Source of the DNA: Saccostrea cucullata
Lineage: Eukaryota
Length of the DNA stretch: 64,000 bases
Assembly (NCBI RefSeq): GCF_032062105.1
Contig: NW_026929552.1
Location: 62,001-126,000, forward strand
Reading direction: 5' to 3'
Position numbers and translations under genes: made by a program. The notes below the pieces were generated by a model. That model searched no databases, was not told the origin of the DNA, and saw nothing but the letters and a program-made list of their open reading frames with translations. Each line of letters starts with the position of its first letter. Within the stretch, counting starts at the first letter, position 1. Below, in pieces: positions 23,601 through 36,049 of this stretch.

Positions 23601-26600
23601 TCACACCACTGTGTGTAGACAGGTAATGTATAGAAATGTCTGTTAGATTCCCCAGTACCACCCGAGTAAGCCACAATAGATTTCATTGGATGTGTTGAGA
23701 AATAATTCCTTCTGTAAGGTCTCTACATCTCTTCCAGCACAATTAAATACTGTACTGTGATAGTGTCTGTGTATTTGTGGTAGTACTTGATCTTGTTAAG
23801 TCTAAACGTCAAGCTGGAGGAATATGAGAAACTTGAATATGGCTTATTTTGTAGGAAAGCTTGTTTAATCCTAAATTTTTAAAATTATAGGTGAAGCTGA
23901 GTAACCCCAGCAGTAAGCCTCTACAGTACCAGGTTCTGGTGGCCGGTCACGACGCCCGAGATTTCAACGTCCCTAAGGGGGACCAGGTGACCATTCCTCC
24001 CCGATCCTCCCTCCAGCTGAACGTGGAGTTCACCAGCCGATTCCTGAGACCGGCCGAGGCCGTCCTGGTACTAGTGGGTAGAAGACACGGGTCGGCGGTC
24101 GGCTCAACCTTGACCTTTAACCTCAGAACCCAGATTGACAACATCACGCCAAAGGTATGGGATAGTGGGAATCTACAGGGCTGATAAGATTTCCAGCATT
24201 TTCTGAATGTTTAGAGGTTCATTGAAAATTATAGAATATGACTTTTTTAAAAATCTTTTTGAAGTGACAAATTTTCATTAAAAGGTGGAAGATTGAATTT
24301 AATAATATTCTGGTATCTGGTACAATATTTTGCTGTGTGCTCTGAGTTGTATGTTAATCAGTAATTGGGATGTAGGTTTTAGCTCTAACTTTTTCGTGCT
24401 TTTATCATGTCTCATTCATCATCCTGTTGTTTCCAGCATTTACATAAATCTCAGGTATTTCTACACATTGTGCATTCTGTGTTAATTGTTTGTTTTAAAC
24501 AATGAACTAAAGCTATTTGTCTTCCTGACAGAGAGACAGTTTACTTCATTGGACAACATTTCATTTTACAGTTGAATATCTAATGATTAACTGCACCAAG
24601 TTCAATCTGCAAAAATGAAAACTAAAAAAAAGAAAAAAAACCCATAAAAAAACCCTAACAAGTTTGAGTTTTGTTTTATTCATTATTAACAGCATGCAAA
24701 GTTTGCAGCATTTCAAAATCAGTTTTTTACATATTAATTGCTGCTTAAGTGGTTTTGATTAATAAAACATGTACTTACAAGTTTGTGTATTGTGCTTAAT
24801 TTCTTTTGAGTAACATAATGTTCTAAAAGTAGCAACAACATCAAGCTGAATTAGGTACATGTACTGCTACTTTAAGTTGAAATTAATGTGTTAACAGAAA
24901 ATATTTTTAAAAAGGAATCAATGTGGCAATAAGAAATTAAATGAATCAAGGCTGAAATGTAAAACTTGACTTCCCCTTTACAGCACACAATAAAAACAGA
25001 ATCGCCCTGCTATGAGCTGGAGAAGATCCCCCTGACTGTGACGAACCCCTTTGATGAGGGCGGGGAATTCCGTGTGGTCCTCGTGGAGGCCAGTGCTGAC
25101 CTGCTTGACCCCAGTAAACCGGCCAATCTGATGAAGCCTAAGGAGAAGAAGCGCAGGAAGATCCGGGCTCGCGTGGATCACGGGTTTAAGAGGCCAGAGA
25201 CCCCGCCCACTCCCCCTCCTCCAAGACAAGAGGACTCCTTCTTCAAGAAAGATGGTATGATCTACTTAATGCAAACATATGTTTTGATAAAATATAATTA
25301 TGATAACTAAATTGCATAAAAGTAAGCTGTGAAAATATTTTTGATGCATAATATTGATTATATTTTTGAAAGATTTTGTATAGTATGAAGTAAAAATAAA
25401 ACTGTTGTATGTATTTTTTAGAACCCCCCATGATGAGTGCTTTCTACAGCCCAGTGGCAAGTCTTTATTTGGAGCCACATGGTACAGCCAACATAGAAAT
25501 CCATTTTCTGCCCTTCAACATTGGAGAGCGCCAGTGCTCAATTATATTCTTGAATGAATCTATTGGAGAGTTTCTGTACTCTATTGAGGCCACTGCCACT
25601 TTACCCTTACCATCAGTGGTGCCATTTTTCAGGACACCACACAGCGTACGCATCACCAGTGCTGCTGCTGCAGGTATAATGAAACTTGAATATTTTAGGT
25701 ATAAAATGTTTTTCAGTCAATTTTTTTTACTTTTCTTCAACATGGATTCCAAATATTGAAGAATTATCTCCCTTTGCAGGAACTGGGCGTGGCCTGTTTG
25801 GGGGAGATGACAGAGTTGTCTATTGGAAGACAGAGGCAGGACAAACATTAAAGGAGAGCATTCATGTACCGATCACAAACAAGGTCAAAGAGAGGGCTCT
25901 TCTCATGGCTGCCCAACAGGTAACAAAATAATAACAGCTGAAAAGGTTTTGTGTTACGTTCTGCAGCAAAGGAACATTATTGTCACACAACTGAAATATT
26001 TTCAATCTATTATATAAACTTAGGAATTTTGGGGGGAGTTTTTTTTAGGGAGATTTCAAATGAGAAATAAATTCACACATTGAAGTAAACTTTTCTTTTT
26101 GCCTGTATATAATGACATGTATTAGATGTATAGAATGAATTTGTTTGTAGCGGATGTCGGATAAAGAACTCCATCGTCGCCTGGTGACAGGAACCATTAA
26201 CACATGTAGTGTCACATCCAAGACTGTCACCATGCTATCCACAAATGCCAAACAGAGCATCAGTCAAGCCAAGGTAGGACTGAGAAAACTTATTGACTCT
26301 TTTGTGAGTAAAGGGACAGGGTTATCAAAATTGAAAACAAGAGGAATCCTAATGTCATTACAGAAAATGTTGAAAGGTTTGTGCATCTAATTAAAACTTA
26401 CTCCACATATTTCAGGCCAAAGCACCCAAGGGAACTACCTACAAGGTGAAATGGGACTCAGAATTCTTTAAACTGCCAGAAAAACTTGTAGTTTCCTTAC
26501 CTGGCCAGAGATCAAGCAGTGCACCAGTAACCTATAATGGCAATGGTGGGTCTGATTCCCTTAATACAGTTACTAACACTTGATGTTGGAGAAAAATTTA

Positions 26601-29600
26601 ACTTGAAACTGATTATCATTAAATATTTTTATACCGCACTGATTGTAGGTAAGGATTCCTGTGTGGAATTACCTATACAGTTTACAGCCAAGGAACCTGG
26701 GCACTATCCATGTCAGATAGAGTTATGTGCCCCTGATGATGTCCGTGTCTACAAGGTGGAGTGTACAGTTAACCCAGAGGGCAGCACTGCAGAGATTGAG
26801 TTTAAGGCTCCTGTTCATCAATCAGTCACACAGGAAATACCTATAGTAAGAGCTGAACTTTTCTCTGCTCTAATTTACAATGAAACTGGGCTTTTTCACA
26901 GATAGACATATATATCTTTAAAATTCTTTTTAAGGCATTTAAACGTTTGCACTTAAAATTCTTAACTGTTACTGATATTTTGCAGGTAAATATGACTAAT
27001 CATGACTGGCCTTTAAGGGCTGCCATTGAAGGTTCTGGGTTTTTCGGTCCTCCAATGATACTGGCCAAGGCGTACAATAATACCAAGTATCCACTGGTCT
27101 TCAAGCCTCAGAATGAAACTGTTGTTCAGGTACATGATGACAAAACTACCTGAAAAAATTCATAACAATAATTTTGTTCAGATTTTCAATTTATATCACT
27201 TTTATAATTTTGTTTCTGTAGGGCAAATTAGTCCTGTCCAACACAGAGGATGGAACTGACCATGTATTCTACTTGTGTGGTAAACCCCAAAAACCACTGG
27301 CTCTGGACCATGTTGTCATCAGATGTGAGGCCAAGAAGGGGTACGTCTCTCTCTTTCTTTCTCTCTTATAATCTTGAACTTGATTTCAATCTGTTTATGA
27401 TGAAGTTTCTTTTCACATTTTTTTGTTCATGTCTTTCAGAACTCAACATATCTTATCAGTCCCCAATGTGACAAAGAAGAAGCTATGTTATAAGGTAGAT
27501 AGTACAAGACCTGTTCTCATAGACGAATACTGGCACAGCTTCATTCCTCCAAACTGTTGTAAACTATTTTGTTTGTAGAGTTGTCCTTATAGCTATGTAT
27601 GTCGTGTTTTAGGTGGAATCTGACTTCTCCTTTGTGAGTGGTAACAACTCTCTGACTGTCCTACCCGGACAAACAGGGACTTATGGTATGGATATAACAC
27701 CGAGTCGACGAGGGGTGTACAAAGGGATCATCGCTTTCATCGCCAGCAAAAACCCTGTAGTGTGAGTATATTGATATCAGTTTAAGACAGGGAGACAGGA
27801 TAAAACTGATTATTATACTTCTGTTAAAATGTTTCTTATATAAAGTTCAGAAGGTAAAATAACTATCTTTTATAGATCATGATAGCAAAACTATACCCCG
27901 GGGTATAGTTTTTGCTATCCACCCTTGGAAAATTTTCATGCAATTTTTGCCACCAATTTTGATTTCCAGCGATAAATCTATTGACTGATGATGTCATAAT
28001 GACTTCAGTAGCATTGTGACGTCATCAGGATTTCGGATTATTCCTGCAGTATTATCTTACTCAAAATATATTCAAACCTCATAAATTGCATTATACATCA
28101 GTATAATAAAATGCTTATCCACTGGTTGTGAATGTAGTTCCCTGTCGCGGGTTTGATAAAAGAGCTATCCCACTCACAACCAGTGGATAAGTGTATACTA
28201 TTTTATTGTCACAATATCATAATTTAACAACCTACAGTTAGAACAATTAAGAAAATATAAACTAACTAGTTTATCTGTATGTAGTTTGATACAAAAAAGG
28301 TAAGTATCATTTATATTATGACATTTTGGTATGTTTCTGGTTTCAGTGAGATTGACAGCGATGGTGATGAAATTCCCGATGATGAGGATGAGGAAAGCAG
28401 GAAGTACTATGGTTACCGAGTGTGGTACTCACTGGAGATCCACGTCAAGCCGAGTCCGCCTGAGAGAATCATGGCCGTCGAATGTTGTTGTCAGGTACAT
28501 GACTATCCTGATTATTTATTTTGACAATTAAACAGAAGTTGTTCAGATCACTTAATGTTTGTTTTGAAAAATTGAGAGAAATTTGTAAAACATTGTTAAA
28601 AATATAAGGATGCTGGGATCAAACTTCATATAGACATTAAAATGGTATTGATATGACATTTTCATGCAAAGGGTCACATGGGGTAAAAATATGGGTATGA
28701 TTAGCATTATCAATGTGTTTATTTATCATTGTAGAAAAAAGCAGTATTAGAGGTCATCGTAAGAAACCCAACCCCTGAAGACATCACACTAGAGGTCACT
28801 ATTGAAGGTCGTGACCTTCATGGCAAGGACTCCATAACCCTGAAAGCTGGGGAGAAGGATGTGTACACACTGACATATTCCCCCGCTGTGATAGGGATAA
28901 AAAGAGGAAGGTATTCACCTTTAAAAAGATACTATCTGCAGTGAATATGAATATACATGTATGCTCTCACATTCAAACCAAAATGGGTCTAATTGTTGCA
29001 ATTTATTTTTTGTAGTTTGATATTTTACCATAAGAGTGTTGGGGAATTTTGGTACGACCTCAGATTAAAGGCAGACCCCCCACCCCCCACAACCCTCCCT
29101 CACATGGAGTGTGATCTTGGAAGGTAAGAATTTATACCCGCTCTTTATTTTTGCTAAATTCTTTTTTTCTTTTAAGGATAGATGACCTGATTTATAATTC
29201 AAAGACTTAGAATTATCAGCATATAAAACATGGAACACTTTCCAGTTACTGTCTAGAGAAAGCACACATTACATATTTATACCCAAAAAATTACCAAAAT
29301 TTGTTATTAAAATACTATTGCATGATAAAAATGTATTTTTCCATGAGAAAATTATAATTCTGGAGTGTAATGAAAACTTTGTCCTACATAATGACCTTTG
29401 TATGTTTCTTGAATGGAGAAAAAGAGCATTTATATAACCTTTTTGATACAGGTGGACAAAACAGATCATTTTGCTGAGCAACCCTACAGATGAATTACTA
29501 GAATTGACACCCACTATTTCCAACTCCAATAACTTCTCCCTGGAGCGAGATAATGAACGCCCCCTGATACTGCGGCCTCATTCTGAAATTGAGGTTCCTA

Positions 29601-32249
29601 TACACTTCATGCCCTCTACACTAGGTCAGGGTGATCATCTGGCCAAAATCACCTTCCACAGTGAACAGGTAATGTTTAAATTGAATAAAATTACAACTTG
29701 AACTTGTTTTCAATTCTATCTGTTTATCTATACTATAATCAGGTTTCTTGTATGTGTAGTGAAAACTATGGGAGAGGGAAAAAATAGAATCTTAAAATGT
29801 TTAACCATAATATAGCATATTCCTTCCAGTATATACATCTACCACTGCATCGACTATACATGATTGTTTCTTTATTGTTTTTAGCTAGGGGAGTGGGTGT
29901 TTGTGGCGTCAGGGACAGGCTTGCTGCCCCAGCCCCAGGATCCAGTCAGTGTGTATACAGAGGCTGGCTCTAACACCACTATGATTATCCCCTTCAGGAA
30001 CCCCATGGACTATGCCGTATTAGTAGACGTCTCCCTAAAAGGTTAATTACCTATGTTCATTGCTGCATTCTCGCTCTTTAAAAAAAAATTATTCTTTGGC
30101 TTCAAGTTTTGTGTGGTTATATTTACACAAAAATATAATAAAGAAGCAAGAAAGAAAGAAAAAGAGATGTATTTGTTGTTAACTAATTGAGGTAATGTAG
30201 GTAAAATTAAATTCCAGAGAAAAATAACGAGCTTGAATAGTTAACATATCTTTTACTCCTACAGACACCAGTGTTGGAATGAACCAGCTCCTGAATAGTG
30301 CCCCGGTCCCTGATGCAGCCTTCTGTCTCCTCCTAAAGCAGAATTCCACGATCAGGGTGGGGCCAAAGTCTACCCTGGATATCCCTGTCTGCTTCGCCCC
30401 CACAGAAATGACAAAGTACGAGGCTCTGTGTTCTGTCATTGTCAGGAAGGAGGACGGCAGCCGGTGGCAGTACGCCCCCAAAGACAGCGAGGGGTAGGTT
30501 CAGAAAGAGGTTTCTCAACCAGATTATCAATATGTCATATGTTCGATGAATACATGTTGCTTGTACTTTATACAAGAAAATCTGACAAATGTAGTTTAAG
30601 TTTGTTTTTCACATAACTTCAGTGTTCACGGACATTTGATTTTCAGGTATCAGCTGTCAGTCACAGGAAGTGAGGGACTGAGGGAGATAAGATGGCTGTA
30701 TCCAATACAGGGAATCCCAGAATCCAAACCCATCAAGGACTCCTTGGGGGCGGTAGTGGAGTGTAAAGCCCGGGACAGACTGGAAGAGAGGCTGGAGGTC
30801 ACCTTGTCAGGGGTCGCCCCAGCAGCCTCAGGGCCACACAAATCTGTGTTGACCAGATCAATCACACCTAAAGGAAGCAGTACAAACATCTCTGATGGAA
30901 TTGTGGTTGGAGAAAGTAAGTTAAAGTTTATTGAAGAAATTTTAAGCAAGCTGATTGAAATTTTTTTCTTAAAATTCATCAAAAATAAGAGCATTCAGTA
31001 TCCAGGGTTATGAAAATATTTTGTCATCAGAATAACAATAACTTCAGTTATAGTTTTTTCTTCATTTTTTAAAACATTACTTGTCTGTTTGATGCTGCTA
31101 ACATAAATTTAAATTTTATTTCTTAGCACTTGCTACAGCTAATGAATTTGAGTATGAGCTGAAGTTCCCAGATCGAGACTCACAAGAAAATCTGCAGAAC
31201 TCAGTTGCCTTGACCCTAGTTCGAGCCCAGAGAAATGACACTTCAGGGCTGGTCGTGCTTGTGTTTAACTTGGTTTTTGCTCCTTTTAAGGCCATGAGGT
31301 AAGAAGGCATTCTTTATTGTTTTTTGGTCAATGATAATATCTCTGAGAAAGTTATAAATATTTAAATTTTGTAAAGCACAGCTATAGATTTAATGTTGAA
31401 TTTCAGCCACAATGTTGAGCTGGTGGTGCGAGCCGCCACTGGTGGTTTGTGGAGATTCCCTGTGAAGTTTGTGGCAGCTGAGCCACCTGTAGATGACACC
31501 ATTACTATAGAAGCCACGGGTCTTAACAAGGAGTCCAGTGTCGGATTCAGGCTTACTAGTCAGTCCAAGTGAGTATCTATAAAACTTATTACACTTCTTC
31601 GAAGAGGATTCGATGGAGAAGATTTAATGAAGTACCTTTTGTTAATAAGTATAGAGGAAGAAAAGAGAACACAGAATTTCTACTAGAAAAGGTCATGAAT
31701 TTATATTTAACCCTTTTGTAGACACCCTGTAATGTACAATGCCTACTTTGGAGCCGGCAGTGACCCTGAGTTCACCGTCTCTCCGCAGACAGGAGAGCTC
31801 CTCCCCCAGGGCACCAATGGGACCCTACTGGCCATCAAGTTCAAACCCGCTCTGTACGGAAAGATCTATCAGGCTAAACTTGTTATTCAGGTAAAAACCT
31901 AATTATCATTTTGGCAATTTATTATTTCTTATATGTAACATTTTCAAGATTTGTATGAACAAAGAGACATATGTGTCATATTTAATGCTATGTACACAAT
32001 TACATAAAAAAAAATTGAACTCTAATTTAGACACCAGATATGCAGTGGAGCTATGATGTGAAGGGAGTATTACCAGAATATAACCCTCCGCGGGGTAAAT
32101 CTGCTCAACCTATCGCTGGGCCCCACCCAGATCCGCGAGTCAGGGGCGAGAAAACAAACTACATCCGTGAAAATCTCAGGCTGACTACAACAGCTGTCTC
32201 CTCGCCCATCAAAGGAGCCCCCCTACTGCAAAGATCTCTTAAACTGTGA
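5665..32249 (+). CDS. CFAP47: Cilia- and flagella-associated protein 47 (ASH/Ig-like repeats plus calponin-homology domain), ~58 exons
   Basis: Starts MEGDVSGVRISPPVVEFYDTEP...LNVTVKNISK (5665-5814; next exons 5920-6074, 6787-6994). I traced about 58 GT-AG exons with consistent phase. CH region NIYSVGERIILTWLNHHYE (22364-22559), SRWIVNYDFDLLDGLVIGAVLGAYLPFL (22812-22909), then LHNALKIV and AIDITDPNPIALLMMCVHLYQKIPQYLP. Ends YGKIYQAKLVIQ|TPDMQWSYDVKGVLPEYNPP...SLKL* (last exon 32031-32249). Confidence 0.93.
6159..6603 (-). mobile_element. Non-autonomous DNA transposon, TAG...CTA termini, copy 1 (CFAP47 intron 2)
   Basis: Reverse complement aligns end to end with 44277-44704 (tagatagaatgttctatcgtt..., aaacacgggcga, tattctaactgtggtgagggc...cacagttagattattct). 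TSD not readable here. Confidence 0.8.
10251..11183 (+). mobile_element. Helentron/HINE-like non-autonomous element with internal 156-bp tandem array
   Basis: T-rich insertion site; subterminal IR AGCTCTACTGG (10253-10263) / CCAGTAGAGCT (11147-11157); (GTCC/GTCT)n microsatellite near the 5' end; ~4.4 copies of a 156-bp unit (tgctactcctcct at 10351, 10507, 10663, 10819, 10975); 3' hairpin AGTCTC-GACA-GAGACT 11160-11175. Confidence 0.88.
12243..13034. mobile_element. Non-autonomous element with a terminal palindrome and matching arm at the far end
   Basis: Perfect palindrome AAGCGGTTAGC-TA-GCTAACCGCTT at the left end; GCTAACCGCTT again at 13024-13034; internal repeats AAGGCGCTACCTATCGACA x2 plus a variant; followed by (tttcagtac)2. 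Lies in a CFAP47 intron. Confidence 0.65.
14921..15291. repeat. 25-bp direct repeat flanking a ~320-bp insert
   Basis: ttacaaaaaacatttaattcacaac at 14921-14945 and 15267-15291, identical. Confidence 0.75.
20159..20334 (+). repeat. 22-bp minisatellite, 8 copies
   Basis: (atgtgatgttgatttgttt[a/g]tt)8 ending just before the acceptor AG at 20337-20338. Confidence 0.95.
27880..28207. mobile_element. Small non-autonomous element with two hairpins
   Basis: Near-perfect palindrome gatagcaaaactataccccggggtatagtttttgctatc (27881-27919) and inverted repeat cttatccactggttgtga...tcacaaccagtggataag (~28114-28191); CFAP47 intron. Confidence 0.6.
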
Positions 32250-32945
32250 ACAGTTCTTGTGTTTTATAGGACGTAATATTTAAAAAGTCAACCAAATGTT
32301 TCTTCCACTGATCTTATTTTGCCCTTAAGAAGCAAGGCAGATAAAGAAATCTTAATCTTATTTTGTTATACCTGGATCTGTTATTTAACTAATGTTGTAC
32401 CCAAATATCCTTGAATATAGTCATAATTGATATACATATCAAATGCGCATTATCGAATTGTTTTGTAAACAGGGTTTTCCGTCCATAGTGCATGTGATAC
32501 AGACAGTGTCAAGTTTGAAGATTGTACATGTATGATATTTTCTACCAGTAGAAACACTATTTTATTTTTGTATATTTTATGTTTACACTTGATTGCATTT
32601 TCTGTTATTTTTCTATAAATGTATGTATGTTTGTTTGTGGCTGAATTGTGAATGTTCTTTAAACAAAATCAATAAGCACTGCAAAAGTTGATACAGTACA
32701 CATATATATATATATGCAGTTTTTAGTTTAGAAAAAAATCCCAACTCTTGATGAAACCACCACATGTCCTTATTGTCATGTGTCATGACACAAATGTATG
32801 CTGCAGCTGTCAAAAACCTTTGAGGAGTTTGCCAAATGTTTACTTGTCTGCATTGCTGTGAAAATAACTGTGATAAAAAGTCACTTTTTGTTGACAATAA
32901 TTTTATTATACATGTATTTATATTTATTGTCTATTAAACTATTTC

Positions 32946-32951
32946 AATAAA
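32946..32951 (+). terminator. Candidate poly(A) signal of CFAP47
   Basis: AATAAA ~700 nt after the stop, followed by a TG/T-rich stretch. Confidence 0.4.
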
Positions 32952-33345
32952 AAAACTTGAGATGAAACACCATGTCTGTTTTAATTAAAACATTTGTTTA
33001 GGTTGATTTGATTTCTGTTTCTTTCTGGATAGGATGATATAAATTGGTTCATAGCAGGGGCATAAAGAGTCTTCTTCATAAATTTTTATTGAATACATTA
33101 GCATGGAAGGATTTTACTATCCCACAAAAATAAGGAAAAACCTTTCAAAACATTTTTTTATGATGCAATACAATTTGTTTTATCTGTACGATGTATATTT
33201 GTTTATGGAACAAGCCAATATGTATAGTTTAGCACCCACCATCTCAAATGTTTGGATAAGATTAATTAAATAATGTGGGGTTGATGAACGATGCTGGAAA
33301 GTGGTGAAATTAACCCCCAACCCCAAATATATATTACAGATCTGC

Positions 33346-34698
33346 AGCTAAAGTGAGCTTTTCTGATCACATTTTGTCTGTCGTCCATCCGTCCGTCTGT
33401 CTGTCCGTCCGTCTGTACTTCTTCTCAAGAACTAGTGAAGGGCCAAGTCCCCTCACAAGGGGAGATAATCAAGAAAAGACAAAAATAGGGTGGGGTCATT
33501 AAAAAATCTTCTTCTCAAGAACCACTGGGCCAGAAAAGCTGAAACTTATGTGGAAGCATCCTGGAGTAGTGCAGATTGTAAATTGTAAAAATCATGACCC
33601 CCGGGGATAGGGCAGGGCCACAATGGGGAATCAAACTTTTACATAGAAATATATAGGAAAAATCTTTAAAAATCTTCTTCTCAAGAACCACTGGGCCAGA
33701 AAAGCTGAAACTTATGTGAAAGCATCCTTAGGTAGTGCAGATTGTAAATTGTTAAAATCATGACCCCCGGGGATAGGGCAGGGCCACAATGGGGAATCAA
33801 ACTTTTACATAGAAATATAAACTGAAAAATCTTTAAAAATCTTCTTCTCAAGAACCACTCTCAAACTTATGTGAAACATTCTTAGGTAGTGCAGATTTTA
33901 AATTGTAAAAATCATGACCCACGGGGATAGGGCGGGGCCACTGTTTTACATAGAAATATATAGGAAAAATCTTTAAAAATCTTCTTCTCAAGAACCAAGC
34001 CAGAAAATGAAACTTATGTGGAAGCATCCTGGGGAAGTGTAGATTCTAAATTGTTAAAATCATGACCCCCCAGGGATAGGGCGGGGCCACAATGGGGAAT
34101 CAAACTTTTACATAGAAATATATAGGAAAAATCTTTAAAAATATTCTTCTCAAGAACCACTGGGCCAGAAAAGCTGAAACTTATGTGGAAGCAAAGATTC
34201 TAAATTGTTAAAGTCATGACCCCCGGGGGTTGGGCAGGGCCACATTGAGGAATCAAAGTTTTACATAGAAATATAAAGGAAAAATCTTTGAAAATCTTTT
34301 TCTCAAGAACCACTGAGCCAGAAAAGCTGAAACTTATGTGGAAGCATCCTGGGGTAGTGTAGATTCTAAATTGTAAAAATCATGATCCCCGGGGGTTGGG
34401 CGGGGCCACAATGGGGAATCAAAGTTTCACATAGAAATGTATAGGAAAAATCTTCTTTGCAAGAACCATTGGGCCAGAAAAGCAGAAACTTATGTGGAAG
34501 AATCCTGGGATAGTGTAGATTCTAAATTGTCACCCCCGGGGGTGGCCACAATGGGGAATCAGAGTTTTACTATGTTGAATCAAAGCATCCTATGGTAGTG
34601 TAGATTTCAAATTGTTTAAATTATCATCAGTTGGGTAGGGTGGGGTCACAACATGTATAACAAGGGGGAAATCTGGTAAAGAACGGAATGTTCAAAGC

Positions 34699-34736
<38 letters not shown>
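33346..34736 (+). mobile_element. Helentron/HINE-like element carrying a ~166-bp satellite array (oyster Cg170/HindIII-type)
   Basis: 5' part aagtgagcttttctgatcac...(GTCC/GTCT)n; about 6-7 units with cttctcaagaaccactgggccagaaaagctgaaacttatgtg (period 166-167: 33511, 33677, 33844); 3' end caggtgagcgatgtGGCCCATGGGCCtcttgtt. The satellite name is assigned from unit length and remembered motif. Confidence 0.88.
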
Positions 34737-34738
<2 letters not shown>

Positions 34739-35543
34739 TGATACAATACAATTTGTTTTATCTGTACGATGTATATTTGTTTATGGAAAAGGGAGCAGCC
34801 CACCATCTCAAATGTTTGGAAAGGTGGGGGGATCCCCAACCCTATTAACCCCCAACCCCAATATTACGTGCCTGCATATGTAAAGTACTTACAGTACAAT
34901 AACTATTTTGAAACAAGCAATCTTTGACATGAAGAAAACAGACTCTCAGAGTGTCACACATAAATTCTTGTGTATTCTGTTTGGTAAAATTAAATCTATT
35001 GGAAATTATAGAATTTTGCAGAAAATTAAGTAAATGTTTTGAAATAAGTACAGAAGATTTGAGGCAATCAGACTAAGAGCTTGGCCCATAAGTCTTGGTA
35101 TTTTTGGTGTTTATGTAGATGGGGTTATCGAGTTGACATTGCGAGATATGAATGCCTTCATCAGTGGCAAATACCTCAGGTATTCTGTTGCTTTCCCTGA
35201 CTTGGTTAGTTATGGAGTCTCTCATTAGCATAGTCAAGCAAACAGAAAAAAGAAGAGTTCCAGGGATCACAAGGGTGTAAGGGGTGAGTACTGTGAATAT
35301 TTCCCTCCCTTCCGTTTCTGGCTTAGCATGAAAAATTCATGAATTTCTCGATACAACTCAGATTATTTCATATGTTCCAAGATATTGATTGGATTTGACA
35401 GCATTATGGATTAAGACAACATTTTAAACAAATAAATTTATTGAAAGGGACTTAAAAGTTTACATCTTTCTAATCAAAACTTTGGATTACACAATATTCG
35501 GATTAAACAAGTTTGACTGAATTGTCAATTTCAAAGTCTGGCA

Positions 35544-36049
35544 TCTTTGCTAGCCAATTTTTTCCAATACACAACTCTCCTCAAAAAACTTGGCCTAGGG
35601 TGTTGAAAAAAGTTGGGATTTTTTTCTTGAGTTGTGATTGGAGTTGATCTGACATTGTTCAGCAATTGTTTTTTGTAAATGATGATATCTGTGTTTGGGA
35701 TAGATCTTGATCTTCAATCTATGGAAGGAAAAACTCGAGGAACAACGATCATTCAAGTAGCATACTATTTTACGAATGGAAAAAGGTTTCAGCCAATATC
35801 TTTATGCAACGTCCAATTACGTGATTAACAATCTAGATTGAGGATGTGAATTTGCACCTCAAATAAGAAATTACCATAACTCAATATGTTCTTGTTAATT
35901 TTTCTACAGAAAACACATTTTACATTGTATTTCTGTCAATGACGCAATCTGTGCGTACCTGATAAGATTAGAGATCATGTGACGAAAACAAACCCTTCTT
36001 TTGTCAGCACCATTGGCCAAGGGTTTATTAAACCCTTGGCTAGCAAAGA
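35544..36049. mobile_element. Non-autonomous DNA transposon with 14-bp inverted ends
   Basis: tctttgctagccaa (35544-35557) / ttggctagcaaaga (36036-36049); the right end overlaps palindrome gccaagggtttattaaacccttggc (36016-36040). Confidence 0.6.

Noticed and set aside
5665-32249. U12-type or GC-AG introns in CFAP47
   Set aside because: All junctions I traced are GT-AG with no GTATCCTT donors; the only oddity is one AAG acceptor at ~12070.
35068-35170. CTGATGA on the minus strand as a hammerhead core or C box
   Set aside because: No GAAA after a stem II, and no terminal stem or recognisable antisense element for a C/D RNA.
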